NCBI GenBank assembly: GCA_963677595.1
Contig: OY782041.1
Location: 3,936,001-4,000,000 of the forward strand
Source: Spirochaetia bacterium
GTDB taxonomy: Bacteria; Spirochaetota; Spirochaetia; CAKZLE01
Direction: 5' to 3'
Length of the DNA: 64,000 nt
Of this stretch, positions 9,136 to 18,484 are shown piece after piece. The notes under the pieces were generated by a model. It worked only from the letters and a program-made list of their open reading frames with translations. It was not told the origin of the DNA and ran no database searches. Position numbers and translations under genes: made by a program. Every line of letters begins with the position of its first letter. Position 1 is the first letter of the stretch.

Positions 9136-10721
9136 ACATCTTCCAGAAAGCAGCAGAACTCGAACAGACAGGCGATACCTTCGCCCTGGCTACCATTATC
9201 ACCGCACAGGGATCCACACCGAGGAGCAAGGCCCGTATGATCATCACCGGGTCGGGGGAGACCTTCGGTACGGTCGGCGGAGGGCTTGCCGAAGCCTATG
9301 TCATCAGAGAGGCTGGGGCCAGGATGGCAACAGGGGAATCAGGCATGGTCTCCTACACCCTCGATGTTGCCGGTTCTCAGAACAGCATCGACATGCTCTG
9401 CGGCGGGGACTTACAGATCTATATCGAAGTGTTCTCCTCCCCGGTGCATCTGGTGCTCTTCGGGGGCGGACACGTCAACCTCGAGATCGCGAAGCTTGCT
9501 GATTCGGTCGGCTACCAGGTGACCGTCGCGGAGACCCGCGAGGAGTTCGTGACCGAAGAGCGGTTCCCCATGGCAAGGAATCTGGTCTGTGCTCACGATA
9601 CTGCAGCCCTCATGGACAAGATCAGGTTCGCAGGGAACACTGCCGTGGTCATCGCGACCCATAACCATGATTTCGATCCCCTGTATCACCTCATAGGCCG
9701 GGAGCTTCCTTATATCGGGATGCTTGGGAGCAGGAAGAAGGTCGCGTTCCTCAAGCAGAAGCTTGCCGAACAGGGGGCGGATCCCTCCTGGATCAAGGCT
9801 CTGCGCAGTCCCATCGGCCTCGATATCGGGGCAGAGACCCCGCAGGAGATCGCGGTGAGCGTCATCTCGGAGATCATGATGACCTTCTCGAGAGGATCCG
9901 GCCTCCCCTTATCCCGCCGTGCCGAGAACCTCGTCATCGTCCGCGGTGCCGGCGATATCGCGACGGGAAGCATCATACGGCTGGTCAACTGCGGGTTCAG
10001 GGTCCTTGCCCTCGAGACACCGCAGCCCACGGTCATCAGGAGAACCGTCTCCTTCGCGCAGGCAGTCTTCGACGGAGAGACCACCATCGAGGGGATCAGG
10101 GCCGTACGGACAGACTCCTACAGCCGGGCAAAGAGCCTCATGGATGAGGGTGTGGTACCGGTCATGGTAGACCCCGAGGGAGAAGCCGTAGCTGTCATGA
10201 AGCCGAATATCCTCGTCGATGCGATCCTGGCAAAGCGGAACCTCGGAACCACGGTCGACATGGCACCGCTGGTGATCGGGCTCGGCCCAGGATTCACCCC
10301 GAAGCTGGATGTGGATGCCGTCATCGAGACGAATCGCGGACATGACCTCGGGAGGGTCCTCTGGAACTCGCCAGCTATGCCAGACACCGGAATTCCCGGC
10401 ACGATCGCCGGTGTATCCGGTGACCGGGTACTTCGCTCCCCGGGAGCCGGGGTCTTCACCACTGATCACGAGATCGGGGATCTGGTCCTGAAAGGAGAGC
10501 CCATCGCCCAAGTCGGCGACCTGGTCATACCGGCTACGATAGACGGTGTCATCAGGGGCCTGCTTACCTCAGGCCTCGAAGTGACTACAGGGTTCAAGGT
10601 CGGGGACATCGACCCGCGCAATGATCCTACCTACTGCGAACGTGTCTCCGACAAGGCCCGTTCGGTTGCCGGGGGTGTCGTAGAGGCCATCCTCACCTGG
10701 AAACGGGGAGTGAGAGCGTGA
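9132..10721 (+). CDS. yqeB: XdhC-YqeB fusion, selenium-dependent molybdenum cofactor protein
   Basis: XdhC half (GSTPR, GTVGGG, CGG, GGGHV, PIGLDIGAETPQEIA) plus YqeB half (VRGAGDIATG, DAILAKRNLG, ETNRGHDLG, GDIDPR, SDKAR); ATGA overlap. Confidence 0.92.
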   Translation: MNIFQKAAELEQTGDTFALATIITAQGSTPRSKARMIITGSGETFGTVGGGLAEAYVIREAGARMATGESGMVSYTLDVAGSQNSIDMLCGGDLQIYIEVFSSPVHLVLFGGGHVNLEIAKLADSVGYQVTVAETREEFVTEERFPMARNLVCAHDTAALMDKIRFAGNTAVVIATHNHDFDPLYHLIGRELPYIGMLGSRKKVAFLKQKLAEQGADPSWIKALRSPIGLDIGAETPQEIAVSVISEIMMTFSRGSGLPLSRRAENLVIVRGAGDIATGSIIRLVNCGFRVLALETPQPTVIRRTVSFAQAVFDGETTIEGIRAVRTDSYSRAKSLMDEGVVPVMVDPEGEAVAVMKPNILVDAILAKRNLGTTVDMAPLVIGLGPGFTPKLDVDAVIETNRGHDLGRVLWNSPAMPDTGIPGTIAGVSGDRVLRSPGAGVFTTDHEIGDLVLKGEPIAQVGDLVIPATIDGVIRGLLTSGLEVTTGFKVGDIDPRNDPTYCERVSDKARSVAGGVVEAILTWKRGVRA

Positions 10722-11851
10722 TCTACTTCGATAACGCAGCCACATCCTTCCCGAAGGCCCCGGGTGTCGCAGAAGCGGTCTCTGAAGCGCTGTGCAGTCC
10801 TATGGGCAACTCAGGAAGGTCCTCGCATGTCTCGAGCCTGAAGGCAAGCAGGCTGCTCTATGAGACGAGGAAACTCGCAGCGGACTATTTCTCTCATCCC
10901 GCACCAGAGCGCGTGATCTTCACCTCCGGTGCTACCGAGTCACTCAACACCGCTATCTTCGGCATGATCACGAAGGATGCGAATATCCTCACCACGATGA
11001 TGGAGCATAATGCGGTCGCCCGCCCGCTCAGGAACCTGTTCAACCACGCAGGCATATCCCTAGTACATATACATTCTGACAACTTCGGGTATATCGACCT
11101 CAAGGCCTTCGAGGTATTGGTGACCGAAGGGAAATTCAACCTAGTCGTCATCAACGGTGAGTCCAACGTGACAGGAACGATCCAGCCTCTCGACAGGATG
11201 ATCGAGCTCCTCGAGGCACGCGGCATACCTTATATCATAGACGGGGCCCAGCTGACCGGTGACGTCAAGGTCGATCTCTCTGGGATGCACCGCGGCTGCT
11301 ACTGCTGTTCAGGCCATAAGGGACTGCTCTCCCCCGCCGGGATCGGGTTACTCATTCTCGGGGATGCATGCAGCATCGATCCTCTCCTGCTCGGCGGGAC
11401 CGGCAGCAAGTCTGACTCTGACATACAGCCAGACTTCCTCCCCGACGCACTGGAGAGCGGGACGCGTAACATCCACGGTATCGCCGGCTTGCGTGCTTCG
11501 CTGTCCTACCTGCTCTCCCGGGCCGATGCCTTCAGAATCAAGCATGAGATCAATGAGTACCTGTTCAGCAGGCTGGAAGCCATCGAGGGGATCATCCTCC
11601 ATTCTCCTGCCGAACACCGAGGATCAGTCATATCCTTCACCTGCGAAGGATATGAGATCGATGAGGTCACGGAGTTCCTTGACGAGGAAGGTATCGCCTG
11701 CAGGATGGGGATGCATTGTGCCCCTTGGGCCCACAACCACATCGGCACAGCTGAGGGAGGCGGTACGATCCGTATCTCGACCGGCCTGTTCACGACCAGG
11801 GATGAGATAGACCAGTTCATCTCCCTGCTTGGAGGATACCTTCATGGATGA
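10718..11851 (+). CDS. Cysteine desulfurase/selenocysteine lyase-family PLP enzyme (class V)
   Basis: YFDNAATSFPK, FTSGATESLN, EHNAV, DGAQ, SGHKGL, LESGT and RMGMHCAP; context within the Se operon. Confidence 0.85.
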   Translation: MIYFDNAATSFPKAPGVAEAVSEALCSPMGNSGRSSHVSSLKASRLLYETRKLAADYFSHPAPERVIFTSGATESLNTAIFGMITKDANILTTMMEHNAVARPLRNLFNHAGISLVHIHSDNFGYIDLKAFEVLVTEGKFNLVVINGESNVTGTIQPLDRMIELLEARGIPYIIDGAQLTGDVKVDLSGMHRGCYCCSGHKGLLSPAGIGLLILGDACSIDPLLLGGTGSKSDSDIQPDFLPDALESGTRNIHGIAGLRASLSYLLSRADAFRIKHEINEYLFSRLEAIEGIILHSPAEHRGSVISFTCEGYEIDEVTEFLDEEGIACRMGMHCAPWAHNHIGTAEGGGTIRISTGLFTTRDEIDQFISLLGGYLHG

Positions 11852-12878
11852 CATTCGACTCACGACATACACCCGTTTCTCAGGCTGCGGAGCGAAACTC
11901 GGTCCCGGACTGCTCGATCGGGCGTTATGCGGGCTTACCCAGCCTGCCTATGCGGAACTGATCGGGGACTACTCCACCAGCGAGGACTGCGGGATCGTGA
12001 AGATCAGCGACACGGAAGCACTCATCCAGACGATCGATTTCTTCCCACCTATCGTCGATGATCCCTTCATTTTCGGGCGCATAGCGGGAGCCAACTCCCT
12101 CTCCGATATCTACGCGATGGGGGGAAGACCCGTCTCTGCTGTCTCAGTCGTCTGTTTCCCGAAGGACACCCTCGATATCTCCTACCTCCGGGCAATCACG
12201 GAAGGGGGGCTCGATGCGCTCATCGAGGCAGGTACCCCGCTGGTTGGCGGGCACAGCATCGATGACCCCGAACCGAAGTTCGGCTATTCGGTCACCGGAC
12301 TTCTCGGGATGGACAGGATCCTTTACAACAATACCCTCCATGCCGGTGATGCCCTCTACCTCACGAAACCGCTCGGTACCGGGATCATCAACACTGCCCT
12401 GAGGGCTGACCTGGCTTCAGCTGCTGCGATCGATGCATCGATCGCATCGATGAGTAAGCTGAACAAGGCTGCTGCTGAAGTCCTCTCGGGCTTCACCGTC
12501 AGTTCCTGTACCGACGTCACGGGCTTCGGACTCCTCGGCCATGCCTGTGAGAAGATCTCCGGGTCCGGCTGCTCGCTTGAGATAGCCCCTGCTGCAGTAC
12601 CCGTGCTTCCGGAAGTGCTCGACTACCTGCAGATGGGACTCATCCCCGAAGGGACCTACCGGAACAAGGAGTTCCGCAGCCGCCTTATCAAGGACTTTGA
12701 GGAGATCGACCGTGACATCATCGACCTCCTCTTCGATCCCCAGACCTCGGGCGGCCTGCTCTTCACCCTGCCGGAGGCTCTATCGGGAGAGCTGGAGCAC
12801 AGGATGGGGGAAGCAGGGGTCCATGCCGTGAGGATCGGCAGTGTCCGTGAGGGAGGAGAGGAGGTCATCCTTGTCTGA
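11844..12878 (+). CDS. selD: Selenide, water dikinase (Cys form)
   Basis: SGCGAKL, QTIDFFPPIVDDP, ANSLSDIYAMGG, GGHS, TDVTGFGLLGH and DPQTSGGLL; RBS GGAGGA before ATG 11844. Confidence 0.96.
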   Translation: MDDIRLTTYTRFSGCGAKLGPGLLDRALCGLTQPAYAELIGDYSTSEDCGIVKISDTEALIQTIDFFPPIVDDPFIFGRIAGANSLSDIYAMGGRPVSAVSVVCFPKDTLDISYLRAITEGGLDALIEAGTPLVGGHSIDDPEPKFGYSVTGLLGMDRILYNNTLHAGDALYLTKPLGTGIINTALRADLASAAAIDASIASMSKLNKAAAEVLSGFTVSSCTDVTGFGLLGHACEKISGSGCSLEIAPAAVPVLPEVLDYLQMGLIPEGTYRNKEFRSRLIKDFEEIDRDIIDLLFDPQTSGGLLFTLPEALSGELEHRMGEAGVHAVRIGSVREGGEEVILV

Positions 12879-13107
12879 AGGCAGATACCTCCACACCTTC
12901 ATCTCCACACACTGCCTCATGGAAGCAGAGAGTAAGTTGCTGCAGCAGCATAGTGACTACCGGCTGATCCCGACCCCGAGGAAGATCAGCTCTGAATGCG
13001 GGTTCTCGATCGTCTCACCGACGATACTCTCCACCGCGGAGGGACTTGAACATATCTATACGATCACGAATGAAGGAAGGAATAAGGATTATGAAGAGAT
13101 CTGTTGA
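12871..13107 (+). CDS. DUF3343-like small selenium-metabolism protein
   Basis: F.STH..M.AE..L and LIPTPRKISSECGFSI pattern; TTG start with GGAGG RBS overlapping the selD end. Confidence 0.75.
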   Translation: MSEGRYLHTFISTHCLMEAESKLLQQHSDYRLIPTPRKISSECGFSIVSPTILSTAEGLEHIYTITNEGRNKDYEEIC

Positions 13108-13675
13108 TGCACGCAGGCTTCCCTGCCCGAAACCGGTCATCCTCACCCGGCAGGCTATCAACGAAGGAGGATTCACATCGCTCGAGATCCTCGTTGACAA
13201 TATAGCGGCAAAGGAGAATGTGCTGAGGATGCTCTCTGCCTGCGGGTATGAGGATGCTTCCGCTGACCAGACCGACTACGGCTACCTCGTCACCGTCGGG
13301 GAGAAGACGACCGAAGTCACGGACGTACCTCCCGTACCGCTCGAGAAGTGCCTGTTCTTCAGCTCCAAACACCTCGGCAGCGGGGAAGAGGCCCTCGGGA
13401 CCCTGCTCATGCGGGGATTCATCTACTCCCTCACGGAGCTCGAATGTCCCCCCACTACCCTCATCTTCATGAACTCGGCAGTCTACCTGGCACTCAAGGA
13501 TGCAGATACCGTGAAGGACCTCATGAGACTCGAGGATGCAGGGGTGAACATCCTGGTCTGCGGTACCTGCCTCGACTACTACCGGGTAACCGACGAACTG
13601 GCTGTCGGGGAGATCAGCAACATGTATTCGATCACCGAGGCACTGCTTACCGGGGAGACGGTCAAGATCTCATAG
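13091..13675 (+). CDS. yedF: Sulfurtransferase-like selenium metabolism protein YedF (TusA + DsrE-like domains)
   Basis: DARRLPCPKPVI TusA motif; LG.G.E.LG.LLM..F and CGTCLDYY...VGEISNM. Confidence 0.88.
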   Translation: MKRSVDARRLPCPKPVILTRQAINEGGFTSLEILVDNIAAKENVLRMLSACGYEDASADQTDYGYLVTVGEKTTEVTDVPPVPLEKCLFFSSKHLGSGEEALGTLLMRGFIYSLTELECPPTTLIFMNSAVYLALKDADTVKDLMRLEDAGVNILVCGTCLDYYRVTDELAVGEISNMYSITEALLTGETVKIS

Positions 13676-13736
13676 GCCATTGTGTTTTTATTAATATAAT
13701 GGTATACTCTGCTGAAATTTGTACATTAGTGAGGAA

Positions 13737-14807
13737 ATGATGAAACACAGCATACGTATCGTACTGATGATGCTCCTTCTGCTCATACCGGGAATGCTCT
13801 GCGCACAAGGCTCAGGGGAAGTCTCCGGGTCAATCTCCGCAGTTGACTCCTTCGGGAACCTCGTGACGCTCGATGAGTACCCTGAACGTATCGTCATCGC
13901 GGGAAAGGCCTCGCTCCTGCCGGCAGACGCGCTCTTTCTCTTTCCCGAGGCACGTTCCAAGGTCGTAGGCCTCGGCCTGACGAACCAGGGACTCGGGGAC
14001 TTCTACACCTACCTCGCCCCCCAGTTCACCAAGGGCGACCGGCTCCCCCATTCGGTCGGGGCTGAGGAGATCGCCTCATTGGCCCCGGACGTAGTGATCA
14101 CCAAGTCACGGAACTATGCGTCTCTCGGGAAGCAGCTCGAGATGCTCGGCATTCCTGTCTTCTCAATGGACCTCGAGAACCCCGAGACCTTCACCGAGGA
14201 GCTCCTCCAGCTGAGTATCCTGCTCGGTGAGGAACAGCGCGGTACAGAACTTGCAGCCTACTATGCTGATGAACTTGCTTCCGTACAGGCTTCGGTCTCC
14301 GGGACAAGAAAACCGTCAAGCCTCCTCCTCTACTGCACCGCAAGCGACGGGATCACCTCCTTCCAGACAGCCCCCAAGGAGTGGCTGCAGACCTACATGA
14401 CCGAAGCTGCCGGTGGTTCAGCGGTCTGGAAAGGGACCAACCTCACCAGCGGCTGGCAGAAGGTGAGTTTCGAGCAGGTCGCAGCCTGGGATCCTGAGAG
14501 GATCTACCTTATCAGCTACAAGGTCCCGACATCCGTGTTTCTGCAGCAGATCGAGGAAGATCCAGCCTGGAGCCACCTGCAGGCTGTCAAGAATGGCTCT
14601 ATACAGGCCTTCCCCGCTGATTTCCACAACTGGGCCCAGCCTGATACCCGTTGGATCCTTGGCCTGAAGTGGCTTGCTCGTGACCTGCACGGATCGGTGG
14701 ACGGTTTCGAGGAGGAGGTCTCAACCTTCTTCACCGAACTCTACGGGATAGGTGACCCCTCAGTCATAGCGGAGTTGACCGCACGGTATGAAGACTCACT
14801 CCAGTGA
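13737..14807 (+). CDS. ABC transporter substrate-binding protein (helical-backbone Fe/B12/Mo class)
   Basis: Signal peptide (..LCAQGSGE); DSFGNLV..PERIV, EEIASLAPDVVI, VSFEQVAAWDPE and AVKNG. Confidence 0.85.
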   Translation: MMKHSIRIVLMMLLLLIPGMLCAQGSGEVSGSISAVDSFGNLVTLDEYPERIVIAGKASLLPADALFLFPEARSKVVGLGLTNQGLGDFYTYLAPQFTKGDRLPHSVGAEEIASLAPDVVITKSRNYASLGKQLEMLGIPVFSMDLENPETFTEELLQLSILLGEEQRGTELAAYYADELASVQASVSGTRKPSSLLLYCTASDGITSFQTAPKEWLQTYMTEAAGGSAVWKGTNLTSGWQKVSFEQVAAWDPERIYLISYKVPTSVFLQQIEEDPAWSHLQAVKNGSIQAFPADFHNWAQPDTRWILGLKWLARDLHGSVDGFEEEVSTFFTELYGIGDPSVIAELTARYEDSLQ

Positions 14808-15825
14808 TCGTGGTCCGGCCCATGCGCCGCGACACAGGAACGCACACAGGCGCCTGGCACTTCTCTACCTGGCGCTGCTTGTCCTCTTCGCTCTCTCGCT
14901 GCTGATCGGCAGGTACCCGAGAGCGGGCTTCATCTCTCTGGCGACCCTGCGTTCCGAGCCATTGGCGATGAGGATCATCCTGCAGCTGCGGCTTCCGAGG
15001 ATCCTTACCGCCATCCTTGGCGGGGCGGTCCTCGGCGCATCGGGATTCATCTTCCAGATGCTCTTCTCGAACCCCATCGTTGAGCCGGGTTTCCTCGGGG
15101 TCTCTCAGGGAGCAGCCTTCGGTGCGGCTCTCTCGATCCTCATCGCGGGCTATGCACCCTTCCTCATCCAGGTATCTGCTGCGATCTTCGCCGTGCTCGG
15201 TCTTACCCTCTCCTTCACTCTTGCCAGACGATTCCATTACGGTGGCTGGATCCTGCGACTCGTCCTTTCGGGAATCGCGGTCTCCGCACTCTTCTCCTCC
15301 GGGCTCGGCTTCATCAAGTATGCAGCGGATCCGATGAGTGAACTGCAGGAGATCACCTTTTGGCTGCTCGGCGGGTTATGGAATATTACCTGGGAGCAGT
15401 TCATGGTCATCTTCCCGATCACTGTCTCCTCCCTGGCGATCCTCCTGCTCTTCCGCTGGAGGATAAACGTCCTGTCCCTCGAGGAGCGGACGGCACATTC
15501 ACTCGGGATCTCGCCGGCTGCGGAGAAGCGGCTGATCCTCTTCATCGCCACGATCGGGACGGCGTCGGTGATCTCGGTCTCGGGGCTCATCGGATGGATT
15601 GGCCTCATCGTCCCCCACCTGTCCAGAAGGCTCTTCGGTGCCAATGCCACCATGGCACTGCCCGGCACGATGGTGATCGGCTCGCTCTACCTCCTGGGCT
15701 GCGACACCCTCGGGCGAAGCCTCTTAGCAGGGGAACTCCCCCTCGGCATCATCACCAGCATCACGGGGACGGTCCTCTTCATCCTTCTGCTGAGTTCGAG
15801 GCGGGGGTTGGGAGAGAGCGTATGA
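14788..15825 (+). CDS. FecCD/BtuC-family ABC permease
   Basis: RLPRIL, FQMLFSNPIVEPGFLGVSQGA, FWLLGGL, IGWIGLIVPH and ELPLGIIT. Confidence 0.9.
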   Translation: MKTHSSDRGPAHAPRHRNAHRRLALLYLALLVLFALSLLIGRYPRAGFISLATLRSEPLAMRIILQLRLPRILTAILGGAVLGASGFIFQMLFSNPIVEPGFLGVSQGAAFGAALSILIAGYAPFLIQVSAAIFAVLGLTLSFTLARRFHYGGWILRLVLSGIAVSALFSSGLGFIKYAADPMSELQEITFWLLGGLWNITWEQFMVIFPITVSSLAILLLFRWRINVLSLEERTAHSLGISPAAEKRLILFIATIGTASVISVSGLIGWIGLIVPHLSRRLFGANATMALPGTMVIGSLYLLGCDTLGRSLLAGELPLGIITSITGTVLFILLLSSRRGLGESV

Positions 15826-16595
15826 GCAGGTTCTTCGAGCTCTCTGGTGTCTCCTACACCTATCCCGCTGCTGAGGATGATGCCCTCTACCATGTGGACC
15901 TGACCGTCGAGGCCGGTACGGTCACGGCGGTACTCGGCCCGAACGGTGCGGGTAAGTCAACGCTGCTCGACCTCCTCCTCGGCTGGCGCCGACCTGAGAC
16001 CGGCAGCCTGCTCCTCAAAGGGAAGCCGCTCCACCAGTACGGGAAGCGTGAGCGTTCCCGGCTGATCAGCCTGGTTCCCCAGAATGAACCGATCCAGTTC
16101 TCCTTCACGCTTTTGGACTATGTCCTCTTCGGCAGGGCTCCCTACCTGCCGCAGCTCGGGAGTCCAGACCAGAAAGATATCGACATCGCACTGAGGGCAT
16201 TGGACCTCGTCGGGCTCGACATCTCACCCTATCGCTCGGTCACCTCCCTCTCAGGAGGCCAGGGACAGCTGCTGATGCTTGCCCGGTCGATCGCCCAGGA
16301 ACCGGAGATGATCATCCTCGACGAACCCACGAGCAGCCTCGACCCGGGCAACACAGCCGTGGTCCACTCCATCATCGAGAGCCTGGAGCAGGCAGGCCAC
16401 ACGATCCTCTTCACCACCCATGACCCCAACTTCGCAGCGGAATCGGCTGATTCCATCGCGATGCTCAAGCACGGGAGGATGCTTGCCCACCTGCCCACCG
16501 ACGAGGCACTCACACGGGAGCATATATCAGAGTTGTATGATACGCCTATCGAGGTCATCCGCCATGGGGGGAGGCCCCTGGTCTTCAGGAGATGA
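15822..16595 (+). CDS. ABC transporter ATP-binding protein
   Basis: GPNGAGKST, LSGGQ, ILDEPT and THD; ATGA overlap with the permease. Confidence 0.92.
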   Translation: MSRFFELSGVSYTYPAAEDDALYHVDLTVEAGTVTAVLGPNGAGKSTLLDLLLGWRRPETGSLLLKGKPLHQYGKRERSRLISLVPQNEPIQFSFTLLDYVLFGRAPYLPQLGSPDQKDIDIALRALDLVGLDISPYRSVTSLSGGQGQLLMLARSIAQEPEMIILDEPTSSLDPGNTAVVHSIIESLEQAGHTILFTTHDPNFAAESADSIAMLKHGRMLAHLPTDEALTREHISELYDTPIEVIRHGGRPLVFRR

Positions 16596-16598
16596 GGC

Positions 16599-18335
16599 TC
16601 AGGTGATCGAGATCGGGGTGAACCTGAACTCCCGCACATCGAAGAGCCCCATATCGGTGAGCTTGAGGTCCGGGATGACCGGAAGGGAGAGGAAGCTCAA
16701 GGTCATGAAGGGATCTATCCCGGGGTTTATACCGAAGCGGTCATGGGCCTTCCCATGCATGCTGTCCAGTTTTTCCTTCACATAGGCTGCAGACTCATTC
16801 GTCATGAGCCCGCCTATCGGCAGTGGCAATGACTCGATGATGACGCCGTCGGCACACAGCGTGATCCCTCCCCCGATAGCGATGAGCTCGTTCACCGCAC
16901 AGTAGATATCCTCGTCGTTGTCACCGATGGCTATGATGTTATGGGAATCATGGGCTATGGTCGTTGCGACTGCCCCGCCGGTAAGACGGTAGTTCTCCAC
17001 GATCCCAAGCCCGATGCTGCCGGTCTCGTGGTGCCGTTCGATGACGACGAGCTTGAGCAGGTCGAGGTTCTCATGGGTGGTGAAGTACCCATCCTCATCC
17101 CTGTGGACCTTCCTGACGACGTTCTCCGTGACCAGGGAATGGGGTGCGACCCGTATTACCCGCGCCAGGTCGCTCTCCAGCGGCAGGGCAAGCGACTCGA
17201 TCCCGAAGGGTCTCACATGCATGGTCCCGGAGACCGGGCTGATCGGGGTATCGCTGATCTCATGGGTCATCCTGCCGTCCTTCGCTGTGAGCTTGCCAGC
17301 GACATAGACATTCCTGACCCGGAATCCCTCAAGGTCATCGACGAGGAGGAAGTCAGCCTGGTACCCGGGGGCGATGGCGCCGTACCCTGTGAGACCATAA
17401 CATTCCGCTGCGTTTATCGTGGCCATCTGTACAGCCGTGATCGGGTCGATCCCGTACTTCACGGCAAGCCTGAGGTGGTTGTCGATATGTCCCGACCCTA
17501 TGATATCCTCAGGCTGCCGGTCGTCGGTACAGAAGAGACAGCGTCTCGAATTGAAGCCACTCACCCCCCTGATGAGGTCAGCGAGGTTCCTTGCGGCGGA
17601 TCCCTCACGGATGAGGACATACATCCCCCTCGAGAGCCTGTCACGCATCTCATCGACGGTTGAGCACTCATGGTCGGTGCGGATGCCCGCAGCCGCATAG
17701 GTGTTGAGGTCCTTTCCCTCGAGCATGGGGCTGTGGCCGTCGATCAGCTTGCCGGCCCTCTTTGCCGCCATCAACTTCTCCAGGATCGGCTCCCCTCCAT
17801 TCACGACACCGGGATAGTCCATCATCTCCCCCAGCCCGAGGATGCGTTCATGGCCCATGAAGGACTCGATGGCCTGCGCATCGATCGAAGCCCCGGAATG
17901 CTCGAATCCCGTTGCCGGGACACAGGAGGGAAGCATCATCCAGACATGCATCGGGACCCCCCGCGTGGCATCGAGCATGTACTTGATACCCCTCATGCCT
18001 GACACATTCGCGATCTCATGCGGGTCCGCGATGATCGTCGTGGTCCCACACGGTAATACAGTCCGTACGAACTGTTCCGGGGAGACCATCCCCGATTCTA
18101 TATGGACATGGCTGTCGACCAGCCCGGGAATGACATAAGCCCTGTGAGCATCGATCTCCTCGATTCCCTCATATGCGCCGATACCGGCGATACGGCCTTG
18201 TGCCACAGCCAGCGAGCCCTCGATGACGGTATGGTTGAACACGTCGACGATCCTCGCGTGCCGTATGACCAGGTCTGCCTTGCGCCTTCCGGCCGCGACA
18301 TCCAGGAACTGCCTAAGTCCTTCTGTTTCAGTCAT
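16599..18335 (-). CDS. ade: Adenine deaminase
   Basis: DSHVHIES, DPHEIANV, GLGEMMDYPG, DGHSP, TDHEC, REGSAARN, CTDD and AHDSHN. Confidence 0.95.
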   Translation of the reverse strand: MTETEGLRQFLDVAAGRRKADLVIRHARIVDVFNHTVIEGSLAVAQGRIAGIGAYEGIEEIDAHRAYVIPGLVDSHVHIESGMVSPEQFVRTVLPCGTTTIIADPHEIANVSGMRGIKYMLDATRGVPMHVWMMLPSCVPATGFEHSGASIDAQAIESFMGHERILGLGEMMDYPGVVNGGEPILEKLMAAKRAGKLIDGHSPMLEGKDLNTYAAAGIRTDHECSTVDEMRDRLSRGMYVLIREGSAARNLADLIRGVSGFNSRRCLFCTDDRQPEDIIGSGHIDNHLRLAVKYGIDPITAVQMATINAAECYGLTGYGAIAPGYQADFLLVDDLEGFRVRNVYVAGKLTAKDGRMTHEISDTPISPVSGTMHVRPFGIESLALPLESDLARVIRVAPHSLVTENVVRKVHRDEDGYFTTHENLDLLKLVVIERHHETGSIGLGIVENYRLTGGAVATTIAHDSHNIIAIGDNDEDIYCAVNELIAIGGGITLCADGVIIESLPLPIGGLMTNESAAYVKEKLDSMHGKAHDRFGINPGIDPFMTLSFLSLPVIPDLKLTDMGLFDVREFRFTPISIT

Positions 18336-18385
18336 ATATTCCCAGTCCTCCTGTTTTGAGTATAGTAGCACGATTCAGCCCTATC

Positions 18386-18412
18386 CGCAACAGAATGCAA
18401 CAATTTATATTT
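18386..18412. promoter_or_regulatory. Candidate operator: GCAACA direct repeat, 10-bp period, in the ade/NCS2 divergent promoter
   Basis: cgcaacagaa-tgcaacaatt; a matching repeat lies at 41191-41210. Confidence 0.4.
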
Positions 18413-18484
18413 TCCCCTGTACATGGGATACCAATCATAGTACAATGTTCGATAGTATAAATATTTTCCTAAAGGAGAGGATAG

